From the NCBI GenBank assembly GCA_038064575.1, contig JBBTST010000012.1, positions 32 through 64,031 of the forward strand: DNA of 64,000 bases. Direction: 5' to 3'. The notes beneath the pieces are model-generated. The model was not told the origin of the DNA and made no database searches. It saw only the letters and a list, made by a program, of their open reading frames with translations. Source of the stretch: Patescibacteria group bacterium. Its GTDB lineage: Bacteria > Patescibacteriota > WWE3 > UBA101185 > 2-01-FULL-41-18. The position numbers and the translations under genes are program-made. Shown here one piece after another: positions 12,260-22,572 of the stretch; positions within the stretch are counted from its first letter, which is position 1; each line of letters begins with the position of its first letter.

Positions 12260-13192
12260 TTATTTAAAAGCTATGTACCTAAAAGACGCTTCTGCTGCTA
12301 TTGCTCCCTCAGAAGCAGCAGTTACAAGCTGAGCAAATCTATTTGAAGCATTTGTAACATCTCCTGCAGCAAACAAACCTGGAATATTTGTGGATTGGTC
12401 CTTGGCAACTTTTAGGTATCCTTGATCATCAAACTCAACGCCCAAATTCCTAACAAGCTCTGTTTCTGGCAAAAATCCCACTTCCACAAAAACCCCATCA
12501 AGAAGCAATCTGTTTGAATCTTTATAGTCTTTATCCAAAATAACATATTCCAATTTATTTGAACCTCCCACTTCCACAAGATTTGTTTCCATAATAAAAT
12601 CAATTTTAGGATGTGCTCTGGCAGCATCAACATAAGAGGGTTTTGCTTTAAATACATCTCTTCTGTGGATCACATAAACTTTGGCTGCGTTTGAGGCAAG
12701 ATCAAGAGCCCCAGTTATAGCAGAATCCCCCCCACCAACAACCGCAACCACTTTGTTTTTAAAAAAGGCTCCGTCGCATGTAGCACAATAACTTATTCCC
12801 CTGCCTGACAACTCTTTTTCTCCTCTTATTCCAAGCTTTTTATGCTTTGCACCTGAAGTCAAAACAACACTCTTAACAAACACCTCCTCAAAACCGTTGG
12901 CATCAGTTTCAACTCTAAAGTTCTTCTCTTCCCGCTTAACGGCTTTAACAAAACCATAAACAAGACTTGCACCAAGACTTCTGGCATGATCCTCAAAGTT
13001 TTTGGAAAGCATAGACCCTGTAATACTTTTAATACCGGGCCAGTTTTCAATATCAGATGTTTCAAGAATTTGACCCCCAAAATCACTTGAAATAACTACA
13101 GTTCTCAAGTTGTATCTAACAGCATAAATTGCACAAGATAACCCTGCAGCACCACCACCAACTATTAATAAGTCAAAATTTGAAACACTCAT
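12260..13192 (-). CDS. trxB: Thioredoxin-disulfide reductase
   Basis: GGGAAG FAD motif, CATCDG, GGGDSA, FAAGD. Confidence 0.92.
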   Translation of the reverse strand: MSVSNFDLLIVGGGAAGLSCAIYAVRYNLRTVVISSDFGGQILETSDIENWPGIKSITGSMLSKNFEDHARSLGASLVYGFVKAVKREEKNFRVETDANGFEEVFVKSVVLTSGAKHKKLGIRGEKELSGRGISYCATCDGAFFKNKVVAVVGGGDSAITGALDLASNAAKVYVIHRRDVFKAKPSYVDAARAHPKIDFIMETNLVEVGGSNKLEYVILDKDYKDSNRLLLDGVFVEVGFLPETELVRNLGVEFDDQGYLKVAKDQSTNIPGLFAAGDVTNASNRFAQLVTAASEGAIAAEASFRYIAFK

Positions 13193-13677
13193 ACAAGTAC
13201 AACAGCCTCCAACATAGCTTCAACTACATCGTCAATTAAAAACTTTGCTTCTTCAAAAGTAAGTTTTCTAAAATTATTGGGATAATAATGAAAAACCAAA
13301 TTTCTGGCACTCTTCCAAACTGACCATAAATACTCTGACAAATTCCTGTCCGGCAGGTGTGGAATTTTATCATAAACGGATTTACTTTCAGTCCTGAAGG
13401 TGGGGTTTAAAATGCGACCGATTCTCACTTCATCTCCATAAAACTCACTTTTATCAATAAGTTTAAGCTCCAAAAAGAGTTTTTTTAAAAAGCCTTCATA
13501 AGCTTTAGCAAAAGGAAATACCAAGTAAGAATAATCGGTGATATTTTTTTCATGCAAGGCAACATCTGAAATAAGAACTTCCCCATCAGCCACTAAGCCT
13601 TGAAGATTCTCCCCAAGAAAGTTCCACAACTTTGAAGACCTATCAACAAGAGTTAACATAGAAATAATTAATAGCAT
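13189..13677 (-). CDS. Stand-alone HEPN-like protein (resembles RnlA C-terminal domain)
   Basis: DYSYLVFPFAKAYEGFLKKLF helix and RNLVFH (Rx4H) motif. Confidence 0.6.
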   Translation of the reverse strand: MLLIISMLTLVDRSSKLWNFLGENLQGLVADGEVLISDVALHEKNITDYSYLVFPFAKAYEGFLKKLFLELKLIDKSEFYGDEVRIGRILNPTFRTESKSVYDKIPHLPDRNLSEYLWSVWKSARNLVFHYYPNNFRKLTFEEAKFLIDDVVEAMLEAVVLV

Positions 13678-13711
13678 AGATTTATCAACTTTTGAATAAT
13701 ATACTTAAGGC

Positions 13712-16366
13712 ATGTATCATACAAAATCCTTTGAGGATACAATCAAAAACTTAAGTTCCAGTCCTCAGGGATTAACGCAAACAGACGCTGAAAACAGAAT
13801 CAAAACATTCGGCTACAACGAACTTCCAGAACCTATCAAAGAACCTTTGATTCTAAAATTTCTGGACCAATTTAAAAACTTACTTGTGTTGCTTTTGATA
13901 AGCGCCACAGTTATATCTTTCTTCCTTGGGGAAAGACTTGATGCCATTGCTATTTTGGCAATTGTTATAGTTAATGCCATCTTAGGATTTGTTCAGGAAT
14001 TTAAAGCGGAAAAAGCTATAGAAGCTCTTAAAAGAATGTCCGCAAGCTACTGCAAAGTTATAAGGGGTACTGAGGTGAGCAAAATAGAAGCAAGGCATCT
14101 TGTCCCCGGAGATATAATCCTGGTAGAAGCAGGAGATAAAATACCTGCTGACGCCAGACTGATAGAAGCTATTAATCTGGAAGTTTCAGAGGCGGTTTTA
14201 ACGGGCGAATCAGTTCCAGTAAAAAAAATTACTGACTTATTAGAAAATGAAAATTTGTCTCTTGGCGACAGGAAAAACATCTTATTCAAAGACACTTCTG
14301 TTTCCTATGGTAGGGGCAAAGCAATAGTTGTTGCAACTGGCATTCAAACGGAGGTGGGGAAAATATCCACTCTTCTCACAGAGGAAAAGGTACAAGAAAC
14401 ACCTCTTCAGAAAGAATTGGGAAAAGTAGGAAAGAATTTGAGCTTTGCAGCTCTTATTATTATTGTAGTTATCTTTGGTGTTGAAATATTTGTTGATGGG
14501 GAAGGTATAAAAGAGGCTTTTCTAACATCCGTAAGCCTTGCAGTTGCCGCAATTCCCGAGGGCTTACCTGCAGTAATTACTGTGGTGCTGGCTATAGGAG
14601 TGACTCGCCTGGCTAAGAAAAAGGCCATCATAAGAAAACTACCGGCAGTGGAAACTCTTGGAGCTACCACACATATTCTAACTGATAAAACAGGCACACT
14701 CACCCAAAATAGAATGATGGTTACCAAAATCCTCTCCGGCAACACCGAGTTTTCTGTTGACGGAGAAGGTTATGCACCCAAAGGAAGCTTTTATGACAGT
14801 TCTCTCACTAAAGTTAATGCAACAGAATTTATTGGTCTTACAAAGTTACTTGCTCATGCAAGTCTGTGTAACAACGCTGTGCTTAAACAGAACGAGGGGG
14901 GAAAATGGGAAATTATAGGGGACATTACTGAGGGGGCACTGCTTGTTTGTGCGGAAAAAGCAGGTATCAGGGCAAAAGAACTCATGGCTCAAAAAAAACG
15001 CGTTTTTGAAATACCATTTTCATCTGAAGACAAGTTTATGATGACCGCACATGAAAATGGGGACGGCATTGAACTAGTTGTAAAAGGCGCACCTGAAGTA
15101 GTTCTTAGTTTTTGTTCTATGGAGCAGGACAAAAAACAAAAGATTGAAGAAAAAATCAAGGATTTTGCAGGCAGTGGTTTAAGAAATCTTGGAGTAACAT
15201 TTAAAGAGGTTGCCAGGAAAGATTTTGATAACACTGATAATAAAAGAACTCTACTTACCGGAATGATATTTGAAGGTCTGATTGCTCAAAAGGATCCTCT
15301 AAGACTTGAAGTAAAAGATGCAGTTAAAGAAGCACAAGCTGCTGGGGTTACAACAATTATGGTAACCGGAGATCATAAGCTTATGGCAGTTTCCATTGCA
15401 AAAGAATTAGGTATGATTTCTTCTGAAGATGAGGCTATAAGCGGAGAAGAAATGGTTGGGATGAAAGAAGCACAAATTGACCAACTGATCAAAGCAAAAC
15501 GGGTATATGCAAGGGTATCACCTGAGCAAAAGTTGATCCTTGTCAAAGCTTACAAAAGAGCCGGATACATTGTAACTGTTACAGGAGACGGCGTTAATGA
15601 TGCCCCGGCCCTAAAGGCCGGAAATATTGGCGTAGCTATGGGAATAGAAGGAACAGATGTAGCCAAGGAAGCCTCAAGCATGATTTTGCAAAACGATAAC
15701 TTTGCAACTATTGTGGCAGCTATCAAAGAAGGAAGAATAATTTTTGATAACCTTATCAAATTCATTACTTATTTAATCTCATGCAATATATCTGAAATTA
15801 TGATTATTTTTGTTGCCGCAATTCTTAGAGATCCTGTTCCCCTACTTCCAATACACCTTCTTTGGATTAATTTTATTACAGACGGTTTTCCGGCTCTAGC
15901 TCTAGGCATGGAACCGGGTGAAAAAGATATTATGCAAAGAAAACCCAGGGAAACAAAAAACGGCATATTAAATAAAGAACGATGGTTATTTATGACTCTA
16001 GAAGGTATTTTTATGGGCGCACTTGCCTATATAGTATTTAACATTACACTTAGGGACTTTGGCTTAGCAGAAGCTAGAACTGCAACATTCTTAACACTGT
16101 CCATTCTACAGTTAATACATGCCTTTAACAGTAGGTCTGAAAATCAATCCTTGCTAAAAGTAGGCATTACAGAAAATAAGTTTTTATTCTTGATTGTAGT
16201 ATTTTCAATAATTGCCCAGGTGCCCGTTTTATACACAAGCTTTGGAGAAAAAGTGTTTGGAGCAGAACCACTTGGTCTATTTGAATATGTGCCCATAGCA
16301 CTAACTGCCTGTTTATTCTTTCTGTTTGTAGAGGTGCTTAAAAAAGTTAAGAGGTTAAGAATTTAA
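13712..16366 (+). CDS. P-type ATPase, type IIA (Ca2+-like)
   Basis: TGES, PEGL, DKTGTLT, KGAPE, TGDGVNDAPAL. Confidence 0.95.
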   Translation: MYHTKSFEDTIKNLSSSPQGLTQTDAENRIKTFGYNELPEPIKEPLILKFLDQFKNLLVLLLISATVISFFLGERLDAIAILAIVIVNAILGFVQEFKAEKAIEALKRMSASYCKVIRGTEVSKIEARHLVPGDIILVEAGDKIPADARLIEAINLEVSEAVLTGESVPVKKITDLLENENLSLGDRKNILFKDTSVSYGRGKAIVVATGIQTEVGKISTLLTEEKVQETPLQKELGKVGKNLSFAALIIIVVIFGVEIFVDGEGIKEAFLTSVSLAVAAIPEGLPAVITVVLAIGVTRLAKKKAIIRKLPAVETLGATTHILTDKTGTLTQNRMMVTKILSGNTEFSVDGEGYAPKGSFYDSSLTKVNATEFIGLTKLLAHASLCNNAVLKQNEGGKWEIIGDITEGALLVCAEKAGIRAKELMAQKKRVFEIPFSSEDKFMMTAHENGDGIELVVKGAPEVVLSFCSMEQDKKQKIEEKIKDFAGSGLRNLGVTFKEVARKDFDNTDNKRTLLTGMIFEGLIAQKDPLRLEVKDAVKEAQAAGVTTIMVTGDHKLMAVSIAKELGMISSEDEAISGEEMVGMKEAQIDQLIKAKRVYARVSPEQKLILVKAYKRAGYIVTVTGDGVNDAPALKAGNIGVAMGIEGTDVAKEASSMILQNDNFATIVAAIKEGRIIFDNLIKFITYLISCNISEIMIIFVAAILRDPVPLLPIHLLWINFITDGFPALALGMEPGEKDIMQRKPRETKNGILNKERWLFMTLEGIFMGALAYIVFNITLRDFGLAEARTATFLTLSILQLIHAFNSRSENQSLLKVGITENKFLFLIVVFSIIAQVPVLYTSFGEKVFGAEPLGLFEYVPIALTACLFFLFVEVLKKVKRLRI

Positions 16367-16396
16367 AAAAGTGTTTTTGGTACTATTAGCTTTAAT

Positions 16397-17536
16397 ATGA
16401 ATAAAAGAGTTGCAATAATCCACGATTATCTAACTGAATTTGGGGGAGCTGAAAGAACACTAAAGACTATCCATGATCTTTTTCCCAACTCTACAGTTTT
16501 CACCTCCTCTTATGATGAAAAAGCTATTCCTGAATTCAAAGACTGGAAAATCATTACCACGGCGGCTAAAGACTTACCCTCTTTCAAAAGCCTTTCCAAA
16601 CAGTATACGTTCTTATACCCCTTTTTATTTGAAGCTTTTGATTTAAAAGATTTTGATATAGTAATCTCTTCATGGTCCGCATGGAGCAAATGTGTAATAA
16701 CTTCACACAAACAACTTCATATCAGCTATTGCCACACTCCTCCAAGATTTTTGTATAAATATTCTGGAGAGTCTCAAAAAAGAAACTCCTGGTACTACAA
16801 ACCGTTTGTTGCCTATATTGATATGTATTTGAGAGTTTGGGATTTTTTCTCCGCAAAGAGACCTGATTATATAATTGCTAACTCACAAACAGTTGCAAAA
16901 AGGATCAAAAAATTTTACAAAATTGATGCACCGGTCATAAATCCTCCCGTAAGAACTACAGTTGAACTTGTGCTGCCGGAAGGAGCTTCCAGATTTGATA
17001 CTAATTATTTTTTGATAGTATCAAGATTGGTTCCTTATAAAAACATCGATGTTGTCATAGAGGCTTTTAATAATCTGTCTTATCCTTTAAGGATAGTTGG
17101 TACCGGTAAGGAGGAGGCTCGACTCAAAAAACTTGCAAAAAGAGATTTTGCTTTTTTGGGAAAAATTGATGAAAGAGAACTTGCGTTAATGTATCAAAAC
17201 TGCAAAGGTGTTATTTTCCCTGTCAAAGATGAAGATTTTGGGATTGTTCCAATAGAAGCTATGGCTCATGGAAAACCCGTGTTAGCTCACAGATCAGGAG
17301 GCGTTTTGGATACAATAGAAGATGGGAAAACAGGTATGTTTTTTGAAGGCGATAAGGTAGAAGACTTGATAGAAGCAATCAAGAATTTTGATGGGGCTAT
17401 ATATGGCCAGCAATTTGATCTGAACTACATAAAAAACTCCGCAAAAAAATATGATGAGGCTATTTTCAGAAACAAATTCAAAACATTCATCTCAGAAAAA
17501 TGGGCAGCCAAATTTAACGAGACCCTTACATGGTAG
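16397..17536 (+). CDS. Glycosyltransferase family 4
   Basis: GGAER, YCHTPPRF, EDFGIVPIEAMAHGKPV. Confidence 0.92.
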   Translation: MNKRVAIIHDYLTEFGGAERTLKTIHDLFPNSTVFTSSYDEKAIPEFKDWKIITTAAKDLPSFKSLSKQYTFLYPFLFEAFDLKDFDIVISSWSAWSKCVITSHKQLHISYCHTPPRFLYKYSGESQKRNSWYYKPFVAYIDMYLRVWDFFSAKRPDYIIANSQTVAKRIKKFYKIDAPVINPPVRTTVELVLPEGASRFDTNYFLIVSRLVPYKNIDVVIEAFNNLSYPLRIVGTGKEEARLKKLAKRDFAFLGKIDERELALMYQNCKGVIFPVKDEDFGIVPIEAMAHGKPVLAHRSGGVLDTIEDGKTGMFFEGDKVEDLIEAIKNFDGAIYGQQFDLNYIKNSAKKYDEAIFRNKFKTFISEKWAAKFNETLTW

Positions 17537-17545
17537 AATTCTTCC

Positions 17546-18403
17546 ATGCCTGAACTTCCAGAGGTAGAAACAATAGTCAGGGAATTACAAAACACAATAA
17601 CCGGTAAAGCCATACTTAAAATATGGATTGAGCAAGGATACAAAGTTCAGCCCAACAGCTCTAAATTTTCTGACTCCCTAGAAAAGTCCCATATTGAAAA
17701 GGTGGAAAGACTTGCAAAAAACATTGTAATCACTCTTTTCAAAAAGGATTTCTTTTTAGTGTTTCACCTTGCCATGACGGGAAGAATATTACTTAGAAAT
17801 ATTAGCGATTCAAAAGATGCTCACACCAGGGTAAAAATAACTTTTGTAGATCAAACTGAATTAAGGTTTTGCGATGTACGGATGTTTGGTTCTGCTAGAA
17901 TTCTCTCCAAGAAAGAACTAATAACACTCAAACAAAAATATGGTCCCTCCCCTTTTCACAAAGATCTAACTGCTTCAAAACTTATGGCTATTCTATCTTC
18001 AAAAAACACCATTATAAAAAGAGCTCTTCTTGAACAGGAACTGATATCCGGTCTTGGAAACATTTATGCAAACGACAGTCTGTTTATGGCAAAAATCCAC
18101 CCTGAAGCCAAAACCAGGCAATTGATTAGGGATGATTATCAAAGATTATTAAGTGCTATGAAACAAATTCTTCTGGAAGGAATAAAACATAAGGGGTCCA
18201 CCCTTGATGATGAGATGTTTGTGGATATATGGGGGAAAAAGGGAGAACATCAAAACTTCTTTAGAATTTATGGGAAAGACAATAAACCATGTCCATCCTG
18301 TAATGGAAAAATACTTGTTAAGTCAATTTCACAAAGACCCACTTATTTTTGTCCAAACTGTCAATTACTTAAAAGAGAAACTAAACAAGGTTTCCTTCTT
18401 TGA
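17546..18403 (+). CDS. mutM: Formamidopyrimidine-DNA glycosylase
   Basis: MPELPEVE start, HLAMTG, GLGNIYA, C-terminal CPSC...CPNCQ zinc finger. Confidence 0.96.
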   Translation: MPELPEVETIVRELQNTITGKAILKIWIEQGYKVQPNSSKFSDSLEKSHIEKVERLAKNIVITLFKKDFFLVFHLAMTGRILLRNISDSKDAHTRVKITFVDQTELRFCDVRMFGSARILSKKELITLKQKYGPSPFHKDLTASKLMAILSSKNTIIKRALLEQELISGLGNIYANDSLFMAKIHPEAKTRQLIRDDYQRLLSAMKQILLEGIKHKGSTLDDEMFVDIWGKKGEHQNFFRIYGKDNKPCPSCNGKILVKSISQRPTYFCPNCQLLKRETKQGFLL

Positions 18404-18410
18404 GAAAGCT

Positions 18411-19466
18411 ATGCAAATTAACTCACTTAAGCTTGAAAACTTCAGAAACTTTGATAATAAGAAGTTTATTTTTGAAAAGACAAATGTGATAGTTGGACCC
18501 AACGCTTCAGGAAAAACAGCAATTGCAGAGGCAATTTACCTTCTTTCAACAGCAAAACCAATTAGAGGAGACTATGATAAGGATACAATAAATTTTGACA
18601 AGGAATATTGTAAAATTGAAGGAAAAATAAACTCAAAGGATGAAACAACTAAACTTGAAGTTATTATTAGCAAAAACAAGGAAGAGGGAAACAGATCCCT
18701 TAAAAAACTAACAGTTAATGGAATACCAAAATTGCAAAAAGTATTTGTTGGTCGGTTGAGAAGCGTTCTTTTTACGCCTGAAAATCTTAACATTTTTTCC
18801 CAAGGCCCCGGAGAAAGAAGAAAAGAAATTGATAATGTTTTGACACAGACAGATCAGAATTATCGGGGTTATATTTCAGATATAACAAAAATTATAAAAA
18901 ACAGAAATAAAGTTTTAGAAAAAATAAACAAAGAACATAAAGGTCTAGATGAGCTTCAATACTGGGATGACAACCTTATTAAAACCGGGGGTCTTTTGCA
19001 GGAGAGTAGGCAAAATTATATCCACAACATCAAAGATTTTTTCAGGCAGACAGGAAAAACTCTGGACAGAGAAGTCTCAGAATATTTAATAGAATACAAA
19101 AAAAGCGAGGTAACTAAAGCCAATCTTGAAAAAATAAGAGATAGAGAAATAGCAACAAAAATGACATTGATTGGTCCAACTCGAGATGACTTCAAAGTGT
19201 ATCTAGGTGGACGGGAAATTGAAAGCTTTGGGTCCCGTGGGCAACAAAGGACAGGTATACTAGCCCTCAAGATATGTGAACTTGGCTTTCTGGAGACAGA
19301 GAATAAAGAAAGACCAGTTTTGATTCTTGACGATATTCTTTCCGAACTGGATGAAAAACACAGGGGTCATGTGATGAACATCCTTCACACTCAACAAACA
19401 ATTCTTACCACAACTGAAACCTCTCTTGCACAAAAAATTCCAACTTCTCACTATATAGAACTTTAA
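18411..19466 (+). CDS. recF: DNA replication/repair protein RecF
   Basis: FRNF, GPNASGKT, GPTRDD, SRGQQR, LILDDILSELD; start MQINSL. Confidence 0.93.
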   Translation: MQINSLKLENFRNFDNKKFIFEKTNVIVGPNASGKTAIAEAIYLLSTAKPIRGDYDKDTINFDKEYCKIEGKINSKDETTKLEVIISKNKEEGNRSLKKLTVNGIPKLQKVFVGRLRSVLFTPENLNIFSQGPGERRKEIDNVLTQTDQNYRGYISDITKIIKNRNKVLEKINKEHKGLDELQYWDDNLIKTGGLLQESRQNYIHNIKDFFRQTGKTLDREVSEYLIEYKKSEVTKANLEKIRDREIATKMTLIGPTRDDFKVYLGGREIESFGSRGQQRTGILALKICELGFLETENKERPVLILDDILSELDEKHRGHVMNILHTQQTILTTTETSLAQKIPTSHYIEL

Positions 19467-19554
19467 AAAGGCTGTAGTAGCCTTAACTAAGTATCCCACA
19501 CTATAAGTCTAAAACTTATGGACAAAAGCATATTTTTCTGGTATAAAGGTGTAC

Positions 19555-19662
19555 ATGAGTACTATATTAACATCAGTAATAGAAGCAACCGTTACCGCCG
19601 TGGTGTCCGTTATTGATGCGGTGGTTGTGGCCGTTTCCTCAATCCTTGATATTGGAAAGTAA
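19555..19662 (+). CDS. Putative 35-aa amphipathic peptide (below ORF-track cut-off)
   Basis: MSTILTSVIEATVTAVVSVIDAVVVAVSSILDIGK; TGGACA-17-TATAAA upstream; AAGGC-T-GCCTT-TTTT downstream. Confidence 0.6.
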   Translation: MSTILTSVIEATVTAVVSVIDAVVVAVSSILDIGK

Positions 19663-19703
19663 CAAGGCTGCCTTTTTTGCGGTAAATATGCAATAATTAT
19701 GTT

Positions 19704-20735
19704 GTGTATATTCCCGAGTTTTTAATTACCACAAACATTTTAAGAAGCATAGGAAAAGTAGAGTACTGCCGGGCAGTGCTTGAAGAGATACCCATACAAG
19801 AGAACATCAGTTCAAATCTTCAAAAGGAAGCCCTGGCAAAAAATGTATTTCATGCACATCACTTTGATGCTTCAGCAATAACTCTTCAGACAGTCAGACA
19901 AATAATTGATACTCAGAATGTACAAGTATCTCAGAAGCTTAATAAAGAACTTAACTCTTACAAAAAAGTCTATGAAGATATTCCCAAACTTGGCAAGCTA
20001 GACTTACAGAGCCTTAAAAAAATGCATAGAAATCTTCTGGAGGATCTTGCACCGGATTTTGTCAGAGGAACGTTCAGAACTACAGCCCTAATAAGCAACC
20101 CAAACAATATCATTAACCCTGCCCCAGATGAGATACTGGCCCGCTTAACAAGTTTTTTTGAATGGTTTCTATCTCATGAGGCTATGGACTTGCCAACACC
20201 GCTAAGAACAGCAGTTCTTTATTTAGAAATATTTAGAATAAGCCCCTTTGAAATTGAAAATAAGAAAATGGCGGGACTTGCGAGCCTTTTGGATTTGTAT
20301 GTAGAAAAGTACGATACCAAAAGAGTACTTGCCCTGGAGTGGGTTTTTGATGAAAGCCCTACAGGATTTTATTTTGCAGTCAAAACAACACAAAACCAAA
20401 CCGGAGATATTACAAAATGGCTTGAATACTTTTTGTTTGGACTTGCAAGCGAATATGAGAGGGTAAAGGAAAAGATTTTAACTCTTGCAAAAGACGCAAA
20501 GTTAAGAAGGGTTGCGGGTATGACACCATTAAATGATCGCCAAGAGAAAATTCTTGAATTCATACATGATTTTGGACAGATGCAAAATAAAGACTTTTCA
20601 AGGCTATTCCCTCAAATTTCGGAGGATACAATACTTAGAGATCTTAAGGACTTGATAGTCAAAAATCTTGTAGAAAAAGTGGGAAGTACCAAATCCTCCA
20701 GATATAGACTCAAGGACAATCAAAACAAAATGTAA
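19704..20735 (+). CDS. Fic-family protein with degenerate active site and C-terminal HTH
   Basis: Fic-like layout (GTFR, WLEYF), motif ISPFEIENKK in place of HPFxDGNGR; SEDTILRDLKDL HTH. Confidence 0.8.
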   Translation: MYIPEFLITTNILRSIGKVEYCRAVLEEIPIQENISSNLQKEALAKNVFHAHHFDASAITLQTVRQIIDTQNVQVSQKLNKELNSYKKVYEDIPKLGKLDLQSLKKMHRNLLEDLAPDFVRGTFRTTALISNPNNIINPAPDEILARLTSFFEWFLSHEAMDLPTPLRTAVLYLEIFRISPFEIENKKMAGLASLLDLYVEKYDTKRVLALEWVFDESPTGFYFAVKTTQNQTGDITKWLEYFLFGLASEYERVKEKILTLAKDAKLRRVAGMTPLNDRQEKILEFIHDFGQMQNKDFSRLFPQISEDTILRDLKDLIVKNLVEKVGSTKSSRYRLKDNQNKM

Positions 20736-20772
20736 ATATGGAAAAATGAAAAAGCAGAGTAAAATCCCTCAT

Positions 20773-22572
20773 ATGGAATTTAAAAGATTTTGCCAATACT
20801 TGTCTTCTCTAGAAAAAACTTCAAAAAGGCTTGAAATAGCAGAAATACTCTCACGACTCATAAAAGAATTAGATGAAAATGAAGTTGACAGAGCAATTTA
20901 TTTGACACTCGGAATGCTTGGACCTCTTTTTGCAAACCAGGAATTTGCTATTGCGGAAAAAATGCTGATCAAAATTTTAGCCCGAGCTTTTAATGAAAGA
21001 GAAGAAGTAATAACGGCCAGTTTTGAAAAAGAAGGAGACCTGGGCAATGTGGCTCAAATACTAAGTACTAAAACAAAGAATAAAAAAGTAGCTACCCACT
21101 CCGTTTTTGATCTTTATCAAAAGCTTCTTGAAATTGCCAAGATTGGAGGGTCAGGATCCCAAGAAAAGAAAATCCTTGAATTTTCTGCTCTTATAAAAAC
21201 ACTCGATCCGCTTTCTGCAAGATTTATAGTAAGAATTCCAATAGGTACCGTAAGATTAGGGTTTTCTGAGGTTACCATAATTGAAGCGCTTTCTTGGCTT
21301 GAGAAGGGTGATAAATCACTCAAATCCCAGATTGAGGCATATTACAATGTGCACCCTGACATTGGGCTTATTTCAAAACTGTTCAAAAAAGGTGGTCTAA
21401 AAGCCCTGAGGGACATTGAGCTTGAAGTTGGCGTACCTGTTTTACCCCAACTTTGTCAAAGAGTGGGAAGCTCTGAAGAAGCAATTGAAAAGCTTGCAGG
21501 AGAAGCCCAGGCAGAATACAAATTTGATGGAACTAGGGTACAACTACATGTTGATAAAAATAAAGTTGCCAAGGTTCAGGAGGACTATACATTGTTTGAT
21601 GACGGTTCAAAACAAAAAAAAGTTTTTGTGAAAACATACACCAGAAATTTGGAGGATTCCACTCATATGTTTCCAGATCTTATAAATGCCTCCTTAACAC
21701 AACTGGACTGCACTTCTGTCATACTAGATGGAGAAGCGGTAGGTTTTGACCCCAAAACAAAAAGACTGATCCCATTTCAGGAAACGTCTCAAAGAAAGAG
21801 AAAACACAACATTTCAGAAAAGGTGGCGGAAATCCCGGTTAGATATTATGTTTTTGACTTATTGTATCTAAATGGTAAGTCTTATCTTGATAAACCTCTT
21901 AAAAAAAGAAGAGAAGCCCTAGCCAAAATACTCAAAAAAAGTAATGAGATCTTAATTGATGAGGACAAGATAATTAGAACTACTCAAGAGCTTATAAACT
22001 ATTTTCAAGAAGCCAAAGAGAAAGGTTTGGAAGGAATAGTTATAAAAAAACTCGATAGCACCTATGAAGCAGGAGGAAGAGGTTTTACATGGATTAAATT
22101 CAAAAGGGAAGAGGAAGCTAGTCTAGAAGATTCTATTGACGGGGTAATTCTTGGTTATTATTTTGGGAAAGGAGCAAGGAGCGAACTTGGAATAGGGGGG
22201 TTTCTGGTAGGAGTTTATGATAAAGAGTCGGGAAACTATTTAACAGCTTGCAAAGTTGGCAGTGGCCCAACAGAAAAAGAATGGAAAAGTATAAAAAACC
22301 TGGTAGATTCAACACGCCTTAAAGAAAGACCGGAAGAATATGTTGTAAATAAAACACTGCTCTGTGACGTCTGGAGCAAACCAAAGCATGTAGTTGTTAT
22401 CAGAGCAGATGAACTCTCTATTTCGGATGTACATTCTACGGGCTATTCTTTGAGATTTCCAAGGCTAGTAAGCACAAGGGAGGATAAGAGGGCGGAAGAT
22501 ACTACCGGGCCTTTGGAATTGAAAAGGCTTTTTGAACTTCAAAAAAACAGGATTAAGCCAAAACTGTCATGA
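20773..22572 (+). CDS. ATP-dependent DNA ligase (with N-terminal DNA-binding domain)
   Basis: EYKFDGTR motif I, LDGE, FDLLY, EGIVIK, SLRFPR; alternative start 20746. Confidence 0.95.
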   Translation: MEFKRFCQYLSSLEKTSKRLEIAEILSRLIKELDENEVDRAIYLTLGMLGPLFANQEFAIAEKMLIKILARAFNEREEVITASFEKEGDLGNVAQILSTKTKNKKVATHSVFDLYQKLLEIAKIGGSGSQEKKILEFSALIKTLDPLSARFIVRIPIGTVRLGFSEVTIIEALSWLEKGDKSLKSQIEAYYNVHPDIGLISKLFKKGGLKALRDIELEVGVPVLPQLCQRVGSSEEAIEKLAGEAQAEYKFDGTRVQLHVDKNKVAKVQEDYTLFDDGSKQKKVFVKTYTRNLEDSTHMFPDLINASLTQLDCTSVILDGEAVGFDPKTKRLIPFQETSQRKRKHNISEKVAEIPVRYYVFDLLYLNGKSYLDKPLKKRREALAKILKKSNEILIDEDKIIRTTQELINYFQEAKEKGLEGIVIKKLDSTYEAGGRGFTWIKFKREEEASLEDSIDGVILGYYFGKGARSELGIGGFLVGVYDKESGNYLTACKVGSGPTEKEWKSIKNLVDSTRLKERPEEYVVNKTLLCDVWSKPKHVVVIRADELSISDVHSTGYSLRFPRLVSTREDKRAEDTTGPLELKRLFELQKNRIKPKLS

